Shown piece after piece: positions 33,471 through 43,698 of a stretch of DNA of 64,000 nt. The notes beneath the pieces are model-generated. The model was not told the origin of the DNA, did no database searches, and saw only the letters and a list, made by a program, of their open reading frames with translations. A program made the translations under genes and the position numbers. The stretch is from Rebecca billardiae RCC1528 (Eukaryota > Protista > Haptophyta). The stretch is from NCBI GenBank assembly GCA_965240325.2, contig OZ251232.1, forward strand, positions 1,612,001 to 1,676,000. The letters run 5' to 3'. Every line of letters begins with the position of its first letter. Position 1 is the stretch's first letter.

Positions 33471-34751
33471 TCATCCGCCCTCAGCTGCAGCCTGCGCCGA
33501 CGCGTCGTGCAACCCGTCGCCCCCCGTGTGCGCCGCGTCGCACCCCGCAGCCTCAGCCAGCTGGCGCTCAAAGTGTCGCCGCTCTTCGCGCAGTGTGTGC
33601 GCGATGCGGTCGCCGCACCGGCGCTCGAGGCGTTTGATCGCGTCGAGCTGCGTCTGCGCAAACGCCACGGCCGCCTCGGAGTCCGTCGTGCTTGCGAATG
33701 GGCGGTGCTTCGCCGCCCGGCGCACGGCCTCGAGCTCCCGGCCCAACGCGCGTGCGTCCGCACTCACGCACGCGCGCGAAAAGGCGGCCCACACAAAGTC
33801 GATCGCCACCTCGCTCGGGTGGAGCATGTCCGGCGCGTAGAAGCGGTAGTCGCGCAGCTCGTCGAGCACGAGCTCGTACGCGGGGAAGTAGCACACGCCC
33901 GGCAGCGCGTGCGAGCTGTCCACGGTCGCTGCGTGAGCACCCGCGCCTCTGCCCGCTCGTCCGTCCTCAGACGAAGGCTCTGCGCGCGACTGCTGCAGCG
34001 CATGCGCTGCGAGCAGGCAGGAGGCCTTGGACAGCGCGTTGCCGTGCGCGCCGTCCTTCCAGTGACGCACCGGCGACACCGTGAGCACGACGTGCAGCTC
34101 GGGCCGCACCGCGCGCACGGCGCGCACGCCCGCCGCGAGCGCTGCCGCGGCCTCGCCAGGCTCCAGCAGGACTTTGGCAAACTGCTCCGGCGGTTGGCGG
34201 TGGCAGTTGGCGACGACCCGGCCCGCGGCCACCGGGGCGCCGGGCTGGGTGCGGTAGGCCCAGGCGGTACCGAGCGTGAGGAATAGCGCGCGCGCCTCGC
34301 GAAGCGCGGCGTGGCTTGACGCCAGCCGCGCGTTCATCCGCGCGAGCGTCGCATCCACGCCCGCGCCGCCCAGTGCCGAGTGGTGTTCAAACGACACGTA
34401 CTGCCCCGAGTGAGGCAGCGGTCCGATGAGCTCGGAGCGCTCGTACGGCTGAGCAGATGCGATGCGCTCGAGCGCCGTGCCGATCGAGAGCGGGTTGTAC
34501 AGGATCCCATGCGCCTCGTTGACCGACGCGCGGAGGCCGAGCCCAGCAAGCCGCGCGCCCATGTGCTCGGCAAAGCAGCTGCCCACGCACAGCACCGTGT
34601 CCTCCGTGCGCAGGGCGAAGGGCGCGCGCGGCACGCTGACAGCCGTGCGAAATGTGGGCTCCGCGGGCGAGCCACGCGCCGCCGACAGGGGCACGAGGGC
34701 GAGCAGCCCGAGGTAGACAGAGTGACGGACGGAGACGCGCATCGCCGCCAT
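33471..34751 (-). CDS. GSCFA-family (SGNH hydrolase-like) protein with N-terminal signal
   Basis: VGSCFAEH, YNPLSI, TLGTAW, VANCH, TVSPVRHWKDG, YFPAYE and DELRDYRFY..DMLHP. Likely start MAAMRV at 34751. Confidence 0.9.
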   Translation of the reverse strand: MAAMRVSVRHSVYLGLLALVPLSAARGSPAEPTFRTAVSVPRAPFALRTEDTVLCVGSCFAEHMGARLAGLGLRASVNEAHGILYNPLSIGTALERIASAQPYERSELIGPLPHSGQYVSFEHHSALGGAGVDATLARMNARLASSHAALREARALFLTLGTAWAYRTQPGAPVAAGRVVANCHRQPPEQFAKVLLEPGEAAAALAAGVRAVRAVRPELHVVLTVSPVRHWKDGAHGNALSKASCLLAAHALQQSRAEPSSEDGRAGRGAGAHAATVDSSHALPGVCYFPAYELVLDELRDYRFYAPDMLHPSEVAIDFVWAAFSRACVSADARALGRELEAVRRAAKHRPFASTTDSEAAVAFAQTQLDAIKRLERRCGDRIAHTLREERRHFERQLAEAAGCDAAHTGGDGLHDASAQAAAEGG

Positions 34752-34939
34752 CGTGATTCGTGCGTGCATGCACACGTGCGTCCTCGGATTTCGTTTTCGG
34801 CTTCGAATTATCTTTGTGAGCATCATGAATTCATGATGATCGTCAATCGTCATCAAAACATTAACATACAGCAGCAGCGCTGCGACGCGAGGGGTGCGGT
34901 GGATCCGCTCACAGCTGTCATCCCGCCGCCGCCAGCAGC

Positions 34940-36688
34940 TCAGTCGTGCAGCAGCAGTCGCGTGCGCTCCTTCTGTGAGCCGATGTACTGGTTCATCGCC
35001 ACGAGCCTGGCCACCTCCGGGTCGATCTGCTGGAAGCTTTGGCCGCGCGGCGGCGGCCCGCCGATCCAGAGGCCCTCTTCCGGCACGAAGCGCGCGCCCT
35101 CGCCGTCCTCCGACATGTCGTCGACCGAGACGGCGCCGTACGCGCCGCAGCCGGTGCGCGCCGTGAGCACGCGCCCGATCCACACTGCGAGTGGCAGGCA
35201 GAGCAGCGGCCCCGCGATCACGAGCACGCCCCCCTGCGCGTGCGTGCTCGGCTCGGGAGCGCCGAGCGTGGCCGTGCCGTGAGTGACGCGCGTGGCGACG
35301 AGCCGAGGGTCGGCCGTCAGCCTCACCTCCACGCCCGTGTCGCCGAGCTCGAGCCGTGGCGGCGGGTCGTCGGCGCGCGGCAGCCGCTTCGGCCCGCGCG
35401 CTGGAGCCAGCGGGCCGTACTGCGACGCCCCCAGCGCGCCCATCGGCGCCCTGAGCACCGCAGGCGGCAGCGTGCCAGTTGGGCCGCAGCCGAGTTCGGC
35501 GCGCAGCGCGGCCGCGGCGCGCTGCGCGCCGGGCATGCCCTCCGTGGCGGCAGCGGCGTCGTCGGGTTCGAGCGAGGTGCCCGCCGACCACGCCGTGGCG
35601 TTCGAGGCGCGCACTCTACCGTCTGCGCCCACGTCGATCGCGATGCACAGGTGCGCCAGGGCCTCGCGCAGCACGCACGCAACGCCGTGCGCGCCGGCGC
35701 CGCGATCGCCCGCACCGCCCGCACCGCCTGCGCTGTCTGGAGGGCTCAGCCGCTCGCACTCGCTCACAAAGCCGGCAGCGGCGGTGCTGGGCGCGGAGCG
35801 CACGCGCGTGCGCGTGAGCGCGACCGGCGGGAGGGCCAGCCTCGAGCGCACCCACCTCTCCGCGCCGCTGCTCAGCGCGTCAGCCCCAGACGCGCCGGCC
35901 GAGTCGGGCGGTGCAGTCCTGTGCTCAAGAGCGACCTCTGCCGAGCCACCCGCTCTGAGTGCGGCGTGTAGGGTGACGTTGGCGAGCAGTGGGCTGGCCC
36001 ATGCCTCGAGCGAGGGCAGCAGCGCCCCGTCCTCCCATGCCTCGCGCGCGCCGTCCCCGGCCGCGCCCGTCACCCGCTTGAGCGCCACGCGCGTCAGCCT
36101 CTGCGCCGGCTGCGACAACCGTTGGGTCGAGCGGAGCGCGCTGCGGGCGCCACCGCTCACGAAGCACGCCGCGTCGTACTGCAGCCGGTCCGGCGTGTCG
36201 GACAGGTCGTGCCGGCTGCTGCGGCTCGGCGCGTGGACGAGATGGAGCGGCCGTGCCGCGCGCCACACCGAGCCGTTGGGCAGCGCCAACGCGACGGAGG
36301 CGTTGAGCTCAAGCCGCAGGAGCCGCGGCAGGATCGCGCGACGCCATTCGCGGACAGCGTCCGCGTACTCAGCGGCCATCGCGCGGCGGCGCGCCTCGGC
36401 GGGCGAGAGCACCTCGGGCACTCGGATGAGCCCGAGCCCGTGCACAAACATCCACGCGCCCAGCGCGAAGAGCGCGCACAACCCAAGCAGCATGAGCGCG
36501 TCCTCGCGCGTGCGCGCGCAGGCATGCGCACAGAGGCGTAATCTGCGCATGAGCGCGACGCCGCAGCCCTTCGCGTCCTCGGCTGCGGACGCCGCATGTT
36601 GGCTGCGCGTGAGCCGATCGCGCCGCGCCCGACGAATCGCCAGTGACAGCTTGGAGGGCTCGTGCGCAAGCCCTCGCGGCCGCGCCAT
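34940..36688 (-). CDS. Hypothetical two-pass membrane protein
   Basis: Long ORF with two hydrophobic helices (LMLLGLCALFALGAWMFVHG; GGVLVIAGPLLCLPLAVWIG) flanking a large loop. Confidence 0.6.
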   Translation of the reverse strand: MARPRGLAHEPSKLSLAIRRARRDRLTRSQHAASAAEDAKGCGVALMRRLRLCAHACARTREDALMLLGLCALFALGAWMFVHGLGLIRVPEVLSPAEARRRAMAAEYADAVREWRRAILPRLLRLELNASVALALPNGSVWRAARPLHLVHAPSRSSRHDLSDTPDRLQYDAACFVSGGARSALRSTQRLSQPAQRLTRVALKRVTGAAGDGAREAWEDGALLPSLEAWASPLLANVTLHAALRAGGSAEVALEHRTAPPDSAGASGADALSSGAERWVRSRLALPPVALTRTRVRSAPSTAAAGFVSECERLSPPDSAGGAGGAGDRGAGAHGVACVLREALAHLCIAIDVGADGRVRASNATAWSAGTSLEPDDAAAATEGMPGAQRAAAALRAELGCGPTGTLPPAVLRAPMGALGASQYGPLAPARGPKRLPRADDPPPRLELGDTGVEVRLTADPRLVATRVTHGTATLGAPEPSTHAQGGVLVIAGPLLCLPLAVWIGRVLTARTGCGAYGAVSVDDMSEDGEGARFVPEEGLWIGGPPPRGQSFQQIDPEVARLVAMNQYIGSQKERTRLLLHD

Positions 36689-36850
36689 CGACCATCGAGT
36701 GATCGACGGGCGTGGCACAACTGAGCGATCAGCGATGAGGTCCACACAGTCCGGCTTTTTCCCGGACCGGCCGGTAGAACACTGGAACCGCGTGTGCGTG
36801 CGGGTTTGCGCGCCCGCGCGGTGCGTACTGTCATAGGGGCTTCAAGAGCG

Positions 36851-38865
36851 ATGTCGGCCCCAGCCACGGCGCCCTTCGCCGTGGGCGAGCGCGTGGTGAT
36901 CAGTGGGCTGACGCGAGCCACCCATCTCAACGGCCGGGCCGGGGTCGTGCTCGCCGAGCCGACCGGAAGCGGTCGCGACGAGCGCTGCTCCGTGTCGCTC
37001 GACGCTGACCGCGACGCGCTCCCGGCCGAGCCGGCTGGGCCGCGCTACTCGGCGCCAGAGGAGGCATTCGTCGAGTGCTTCCTCTCGCAGGACGACTTCC
37101 TCCAAGCCGGGCTGCACCCCACGCCGCAGCTCGCGTTGGACGACTGCCGCACCGCCGCCGCGCTCTCACGCCGCGACCCGGCCACAGGGTATGCGCGTGG
37201 CATTGCTGCCGGGCCTCGCATGTTCCCAGCGTGGCCGATGGCGCTGCAGCGGTATGCGGAGTTCCATCCGGAGCGCTCGGGCCGGCTGGTGCTGTACGAC
37301 GAGCAGATGCGCGGGCTGCAGCGCACGCTGCAGACGATGAGCGGCGCCGGCGGCGCGCCGGTTCGGTGGCCGGATGGGCTCCCGCGCGCGGCCAGGCTCG
37401 AGGGGCACTTCTTCCTTGCGCTGGTCTGGCAGTCGATCGACATGCGCTGGGCGTTCCACCACGAGGAAGGCGCGCGCGCCTTCTTCCGCCACGAGCTGCT
37501 CGCGCGGCACAGCGAGGAGGCGGGCGTGCCTGGGCTGTCACCGCCTCTGCGCCGCACGCCGAGCGCGGAGCTGGCCGCGGCCGCGGACGAGCACCTGCTG
37601 CTCTTGGCTCCTCCGGTGCCCGAGCTGGAGGGGAAGTGGCCGTGCAGCGTGTGCCTGGCGAACGCTCTGTTCCGCGTGGGCCGCGTGTGCGCCAAGGTCC
37701 ACCTCAGCATCGCCGTCGTCTCGCCATTTGACCAAGCGCCGCTCGGCATCGCCGCCGGCCGCGCGTGCGCGCGCGCGGCCGCGCGCGTACGCGCAAGCGC
37801 GGCGCATGACGTACTCACAGCGGCGGCGCCGGCGGCGGCTGCGGGCGGCGCTGGCGCACCAGCCGCCGCCGAGTCGGCACAGCCTGCCGCCATCGTCGCC
37901 GTGCGCCCCGCCAACCTCCTCCGGCGGCGCGTGGCGAGCGACGGCCCCAGCGTCTCGTCTGGCATTCCGTCATCGTCTGCGGAGGGTGGCGCACCGACGG
38001 CGCGCGGCGGGCAGTCGGCTGCGCCGCTGGACGAGGCGACGCCAATCCCGATGAGCGCGGCGCGGGCTGCGGGCTTTGGCGCGGCGCTCGAGCAGGTGTG
38101 CGCGAGCTGCGGCGGGGCCGGAGCCAAGTTCTGCTCCCGCTGCCGAGTCGTCGCCTACTGCAGGTGCGGCGCGCGCGGACGCTGCCGCACGCGCGTCGCG
38201 TCCTTGCCGCCTGGCGTGCACCTGTGCCCCCCTGCCGCGCGCGCTCAGCTTCTGTCAAGCACGCTCACCCGCGGCCGCGCCCGCGCGCCCGCGCGCACGC
38301 GCGCGCCCGCAGCGAGGCATGCCAGCGCGAGGACTGGCGCGCGCACCGGGAGCTCTGCCGCGCGCGCACCACCAGCGGCCCCCGGCCCGCGCGCTCGGCG
38401 CCCGTTGAGTCGCCGTTCCGGCCCGAGCCCTCGGCACCGGCCGACTTTGCTCTGCGCTACGGCCGTGCCATCAACCGCCTTCGGCCGGTTGGCGCGCAGG
38501 CGCTGGGCGCGGCGGAGGCGGCGGCGGGAGTGGAGGCGCTCGAGGCGCTCGTCAGAGAGGCGGCGGCGCGGCGGGACGGCGGCGAGGACGGCCCCTTCGA
38601 CGAGTGGATCGCGCTCCTCAAAGCGCGGCTCGCCGTCCAGGTGACTCACGTCCACCCCTCGCGGTCCGTCGAGCTGCACCTCGAGGCCGCCGCCACCTTC
38701 CGCGCGCTGGGCGACGAGTACCGCGAGGGGAACTGCTACGCGGATGCGTGCTTCGGTCTTGCGGCGCTGGGCGAGCACACGCGCGCCGAGGCGTACAAGG
38801 TTCGTGGGCTCAAGCTGATGCAGAAGGCCATCGCCCGGCAGTGGCAGCAGCGGCCGCGCAGCTGA
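36851..38865 (+). CDS. MYND zinc-finger protein with SH3-like N-terminal module and TPR-like C-terminus, 2 exons
   Basis: CASC...KFCSRC...YC|SEACQREDWRAHRELC is restored by intron 38164-38312. N-terminal GERVVISGL...LNGRAGVV. Confidence 0.85.
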
Positions 38866-39236
38866 GTCCGAGTCATTGCTGTGTCGCTGAGTGCAGATTG
38901 TACGTCCACGTCCAGTCGTGAACGCACGCGCGAGGCTCGAGGCTCCAGCTTCGGTCGTCTGCCCCCGCGGTACCCTGCCCCTGGCACTCCAAGTCTTCCA
39001 GTTCCTCGGTGGGGCGCGTAACATTCGAGTGTTGTAAAATCGTCGTTACGGAATTGGGGAATGTCGTTTCATCAATGATATCATCCCGTAACGGCACTCG
39101 CATAGGTAAATTTGGTTGCGATCTCGTGAACGACCCTATCTCGAGATAATACATTCCTACCGTTTTTTTCGCGTCGCGGTCCTTGAAGCTCCAAAGGACG
39201 ACGCACGGCACAAGTGCGCCTCGCGCGACCACGCCG

Positions 39237-41211
39237 ATGGGCCTCGATTGGCTGCTGCCTTGGCGGCGGCGGCCGGCGCTGCTGCTGATCACTGATCCGG
39301 GTCCTGACCCCGACGACATCAAGGTTCGCGCGCTCGCGACGGGCGCCTGACGCGCGCTCGATCATTTCACACGGCCGCGCGCCCGCGTGCGCTCCGCTCC
39401 GCGCAGGCGATCCTGGTCGTCGCCGCGCTGCACCGGCGGCGGCAGATCGCGGTGAAGGGCGTGATCGCCAACGGCGGTTGCCAGGCGCTCGCGCGCGCCA
39501 AGCTCGCGCGCTGCGTGCTCGACAAGGTCGGCGCGCGCGACATCCCCGTCGGCATCGGCTCGGCGGGCAAACCGTATGAGCCTGTCGCGCACGAGTACGC
39601 GCTGCCCGGATATGAAAGCGTGGACGCGGCGAGGCTGGAGCCGGGGCACGCGCTGCTGATGCGCGCGCTGCGGCACGCGCGCGACAAGAGCCTCACCATC
39701 GTCTGCATCTCCTCGCTGCGCGACCTGGCGGACGCGATCGCCGAGGCGCGGCCGCTTGTGGTGCGCAAGACGCTGCGCGTCGCGATCCAGGGCGGGCTGG
39801 AGTGGAGCGACGAGAAGACGGCGTGGGAGCCGGACACGTCGGTGAACAACGAGTTCGACCGCGACGCGGCGAGTGCCGTGTACGCCTTCTGCTTCGCCGA
39901 GGGCGTGCCGCTCACCGTCGTCTCGCGGCACGCCGTGCCGCTGCTGCCAATGCAGGTGTGTGTGCGCGCGGGCGTTCGCGCGGCGGCGCGCGCGCTTGTG
40001 GCGGGCGCGCACGGGCGCGTGCTGTGCCCCGCCGCCCGCCCAGCCGCCCTCACGCAGCCCGCCCTGTCCCCAACCCTCCCACATCTCCCGCCACAGCTCG
40101 CGCGCTCCTTCGCGGAGCGGACGGAGAGCGACGTGCTGCGGTGCGCGCCGCCCGCCCGCCCGCGCGCACGCCCGCGCGCCCGCCCGCCCCCCGGCATGCA
40201 CGCACGCACGCCCACGCCCCGCTCGCGTCGCGCGCTCCCGCCCTCCGCCCCACGCGCCGCGCTCGGCCGCAGCTACCTCGCCAACGCGCAGTTCCTCGGG
40301 CTCGCCGGCCTGTGGCGCAAGCTGTGCGAGGGCCGCCTCCCCGCGCGCTGCACCAAGCAGTGGTACTTCGAGACCTTCTGCGGCGTGCCGGCTGCCAAGT
40401 TCGGCGCGCACGGCTACGACGCGCTCGACGGCACGGCGGACATCACGCAGCATCTGAACGGGTGCGCGCATACGTGTGGCGCGGCCCTGGCACACACGCC
40501 GGCTGACGCACCGCCGCCGCGCGCGCGCCGTGCACCCGCGCCGTGCACTCGCGCCGCCGCCCGCGCCGCCGCCCGCGCCGCCGCACCCGCAGCTACGTGA
40601 AACCTTACGACGTGGTCGCGCTGATGGCGGCGCTGCCGCACACGCAGCGCGCCTTCGGCCCCGGCGCGCCGCCGCGCGACGCGCTCGCGCCCGCCCCGTC
40701 CGTGCGCACCTCGCCCCCGCGCACGCCCTCGGTGCGCGCGCCGTCCATGGTGTCGCTCCGGAGCGCCAACGCCAACGCGTCACGCTCGAGTTCGCTCTCC
40801 TCCTTCTCGCGCGCCGGCGGCGGCCATTGCCTCTACCTGTCGCCGGAGCACGCGATCGACGTGGCGCACGTGGTCAAGCTGCTGCGCAACGTGTACCACG
40901 AGGCGGCGCTCACGGACGAGGCGGCGGGCGCGGAGCGCGGCCCCCGATCCGCGGCCGCGTCGTCGGCGGCGAGCGGTGCGCAAGGCGAGGAGGCGGCCGG
41001 CGCGGCGCGCGGCTCAAAGCGCAGTGGCTCAGGGCATTCGTCGCGCCGCAGCTCGAAGCTCCGCGTGCACCCGCGGCTGGCGCGCGCGCAGCGCGCCGAC
41101 GCGGACGAGCTGCGAGCGTCCGCGTGGACGGTTGGCTCGGGGCGCACGCGCACCGCCTTCTCTGACACGACCGAGGGCGATGGCTCGCACGGCGGCCGCG
41201 GCAGCGAGGCG

Positions 41212-41244
<33 letters not shown>

Positions 41245-43428
41245 CGGTGGGCGCGCGAGCCTGGCGCTCTGCTGGAGGAGGCGGAGATTGTTGCGTTGCT
41301 CGAGGCGGCGGTCCGCCGCGCGCGCGAGCGCGCGAGGCTGGCCACGCTCCTCGCCGCGCTGCTCGCCTTCTCGCTCTTCGTCGCGGCCGCGGCGATGCGC
41401 GGCCTGGACGCAGCGGCGTGGGTGCAATCGAGCGCCGGCCGGCGGCGCGAGGTGTTGGATGGGGGTCGCGGCGACGCGGCCGCGCTCGACTCGGCGGTGG
41501 CGGAGGACGCGCTCTGGATGCGGTGGCGCGCGGCGGGGCTGACCCTGCACGTCGCGTTCGCGCTGTGCGCGCTCGCGCTGCAGCCGATCCCGTCGCACTC
41601 GCGCATCACGCGCGCGTCCGCGCTCGTGTTTTGCCTCGTCGTCGGCGTGGACGGTTACAATGCGATGCGCACAGGCGTGCGCGGTCTGTCGGCTCTGGAG
41701 GAGCAGGCGGGCTTGCTCCCGTGCGAGGCGGGGCTCGGCGCGGCGCTGCGCGCCGCGATGCACGGCGTGATCGCGACAGGCGGCGCGGCGTACCTGGCCA
41801 TCGTCGCGGCACTCGCCGCCGTCTGGCTCGGCACCGCGCACCAACCGCCAGTGTCGCGCACGCGCGCGCGCGTGCGCGCGGTGTGGCTGGCTAACGCGTG
41901 CGCGGCCGCGCTGCTCGCGCTGCTGCTGCTCGGCGCGAGCGTGCTCTGTGGGCCGGTCACCGGCTGGCTCGCGAGCCGGCCGACGGCGGGCATCCGCGAG
42001 TACATCCACGCGCACACCGGCGCCACGTGCGCCGTCGCCATCGCGCTGCTCTGGCCGGGCTCGCGCGAGCGCACGCGCTGGGCGCTACTGCGCGCGGCTG
42101 CGCACTGCGCAAGCACGCTGCGGCCCGTGCGCGCCGGCACGGGCGGCGCGCCGCTGCTCGCCGCGCTCGCGCCCCTCGTGCAGTTCGGCGAGGGCGAGAG
42201 CGCGGACTCGCTCGGTCAGCTCACGCGCGAGGCGCTCCGCGTGCTGCGCGGCGTGGCGCTCGACGCGGCCTTCTTCGCGCGCGCCGAGGCGGGCTCGCAT
42301 CGCGGCCGCGCGGCCGCTGGCAGGAGCAGCCTCAGCCGCGCGGGCGGCGGCGCGCGCGCGCTGCGGGCCGCGCGGCTGTACTCGCGCGCGGACGAGGGTC
42401 GGAACACGGGGGCGAGCGACTTGAGCCTTCTCGACACGCCGGCGTCGTCGCTCTCCGGCCTCGGCCGACGGCTCAGCGCAGCCGCGCGCAGCTCGGGCGC
42501 CCGCTTGTCCGGCGCCGGCGCGCCCGCGCCGCCGCGGTCGGGCGTCCTGGGCAGTTGCTGCTTTGGCGGCGGCGCACGGCTCGTCGGCCGGCGCAAGCTC
42601 TCGCTGCAGCAGCTCGGCGAGGTCGCGCAGCACGCGATGCACAACCTGCTCGACGCGCGCGCGGACGTGCGAGCCGTCTCGACGCTCGAGCAGCTGCGCC
42701 ACGCGCAGGCGCCGGAGGTGGACCGGGTGGTAGTACACTCAGCTTTTGACGACCCTCGGCTGCGGATGCGCGCGCTCGCGGAGTGGGGCGCGCGCTTCGA
42801 GGCGGCGAACGGCCGGCCGGCGCGCGTGTGGCTGTGGGCGGCGTGCGCGGATGCGTCGCTGACGCACGCGGAGCAGCTCGCGCACGTCGTCGTCTACCTG
42901 TGCCGCGCACGCGGGCTGCTCGTCCTGGCCGGACCCACCGTTCCAGATTCGCTCGAATGCGTCGTGCAACTGCTTGCGTTCCGCGCGTGCGGCGGCGCGG
43001 CCTCGGCCGTCGACGTCGCCGTCGTGGGCGAGAGCGAGGCGGCGCGCCGCGCGGCGGTCGCCGCGTTCGATGCGTTCCACGTCGTCTACGCGCGCGCGCG
43101 CTCGCGCTCCGCGGCGGAGCGCCACGCCCTCGTCGCCGCGGTCGAGCAGGTGGGCGCGCCGCGCGTGAACGAGGCGGTGCGAGCTCTGCTGCCCGCCGTT
43201 CAGCGCGCGGCGGCGGCCGCCGCCGCCGCGGACGCAAAGCAGTCGGACCGTGCGGGCGGGAGCGTCGGCGAGGCCGAGGGGCCCGCGGGCGCGGCGGCCG
43301 ACGGCGAGGACGCCACGGCGGACGGCGCGGACGAGGAGGCCGCCGCCGCGCGCGAGGCTGGCGAGGCCAGCGACGAGACGGCGACGGCGGTCGAGGGGAT
43401 GGTGGAGGGCGTGGAGGCGGCGGAGTGA
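39237..43428 (+). CDS. Nucleoside hydrolase (IU-NH fold) - ~6TM - TIR-like fusion protein, paralog B, 5 exons
   Basis: MGLDWLLPWRRRPALLLITDPGPDPDDIK|AILVV, VIANGG, ISSLRD, SVNNEFD, LPARCTKQWYFETFC and KPYDVVALM. Six TM helices, then VDRVVVHSAFDD...W...VWLWAACAD...LLVLAGPT...CVVQL...VNEAVR. Introns 39324-39406, 39956-40096, 40141-40272 and 40462-40592. Confidence 0.82.
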
Positions 43429-43698
43429 CCGATGACGCGCGCGTCATCGCAGGGCCACCAGCACCTGGCAGGAGCAGCATGCTCGCTGATGAGCATCATA
43501 ACATATACATCAGTCATTGTCCGCGTACTACGCGTGTGAATATCGCGGCGCTAATACAGCGAGCGCCACGCCCACTCTGCTCGGCTGTGACGCCACTCGG
43601 CGGCGCCGTTACTGTGACTCGTGATAATACTGTATAGTACTCGTCATCGCACTGCTATACTCATACGACGACGGCGATGTGATATGGCAGCGCAGTCG

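Noticed and set aside
33471-35591. 706-aa ORF as an extended GSCFA protein
   Set aside because: The upstream part is an off-frame shadow of the neighbouring gene plus AT-richer intergenic DNA. The likely start is 34751.
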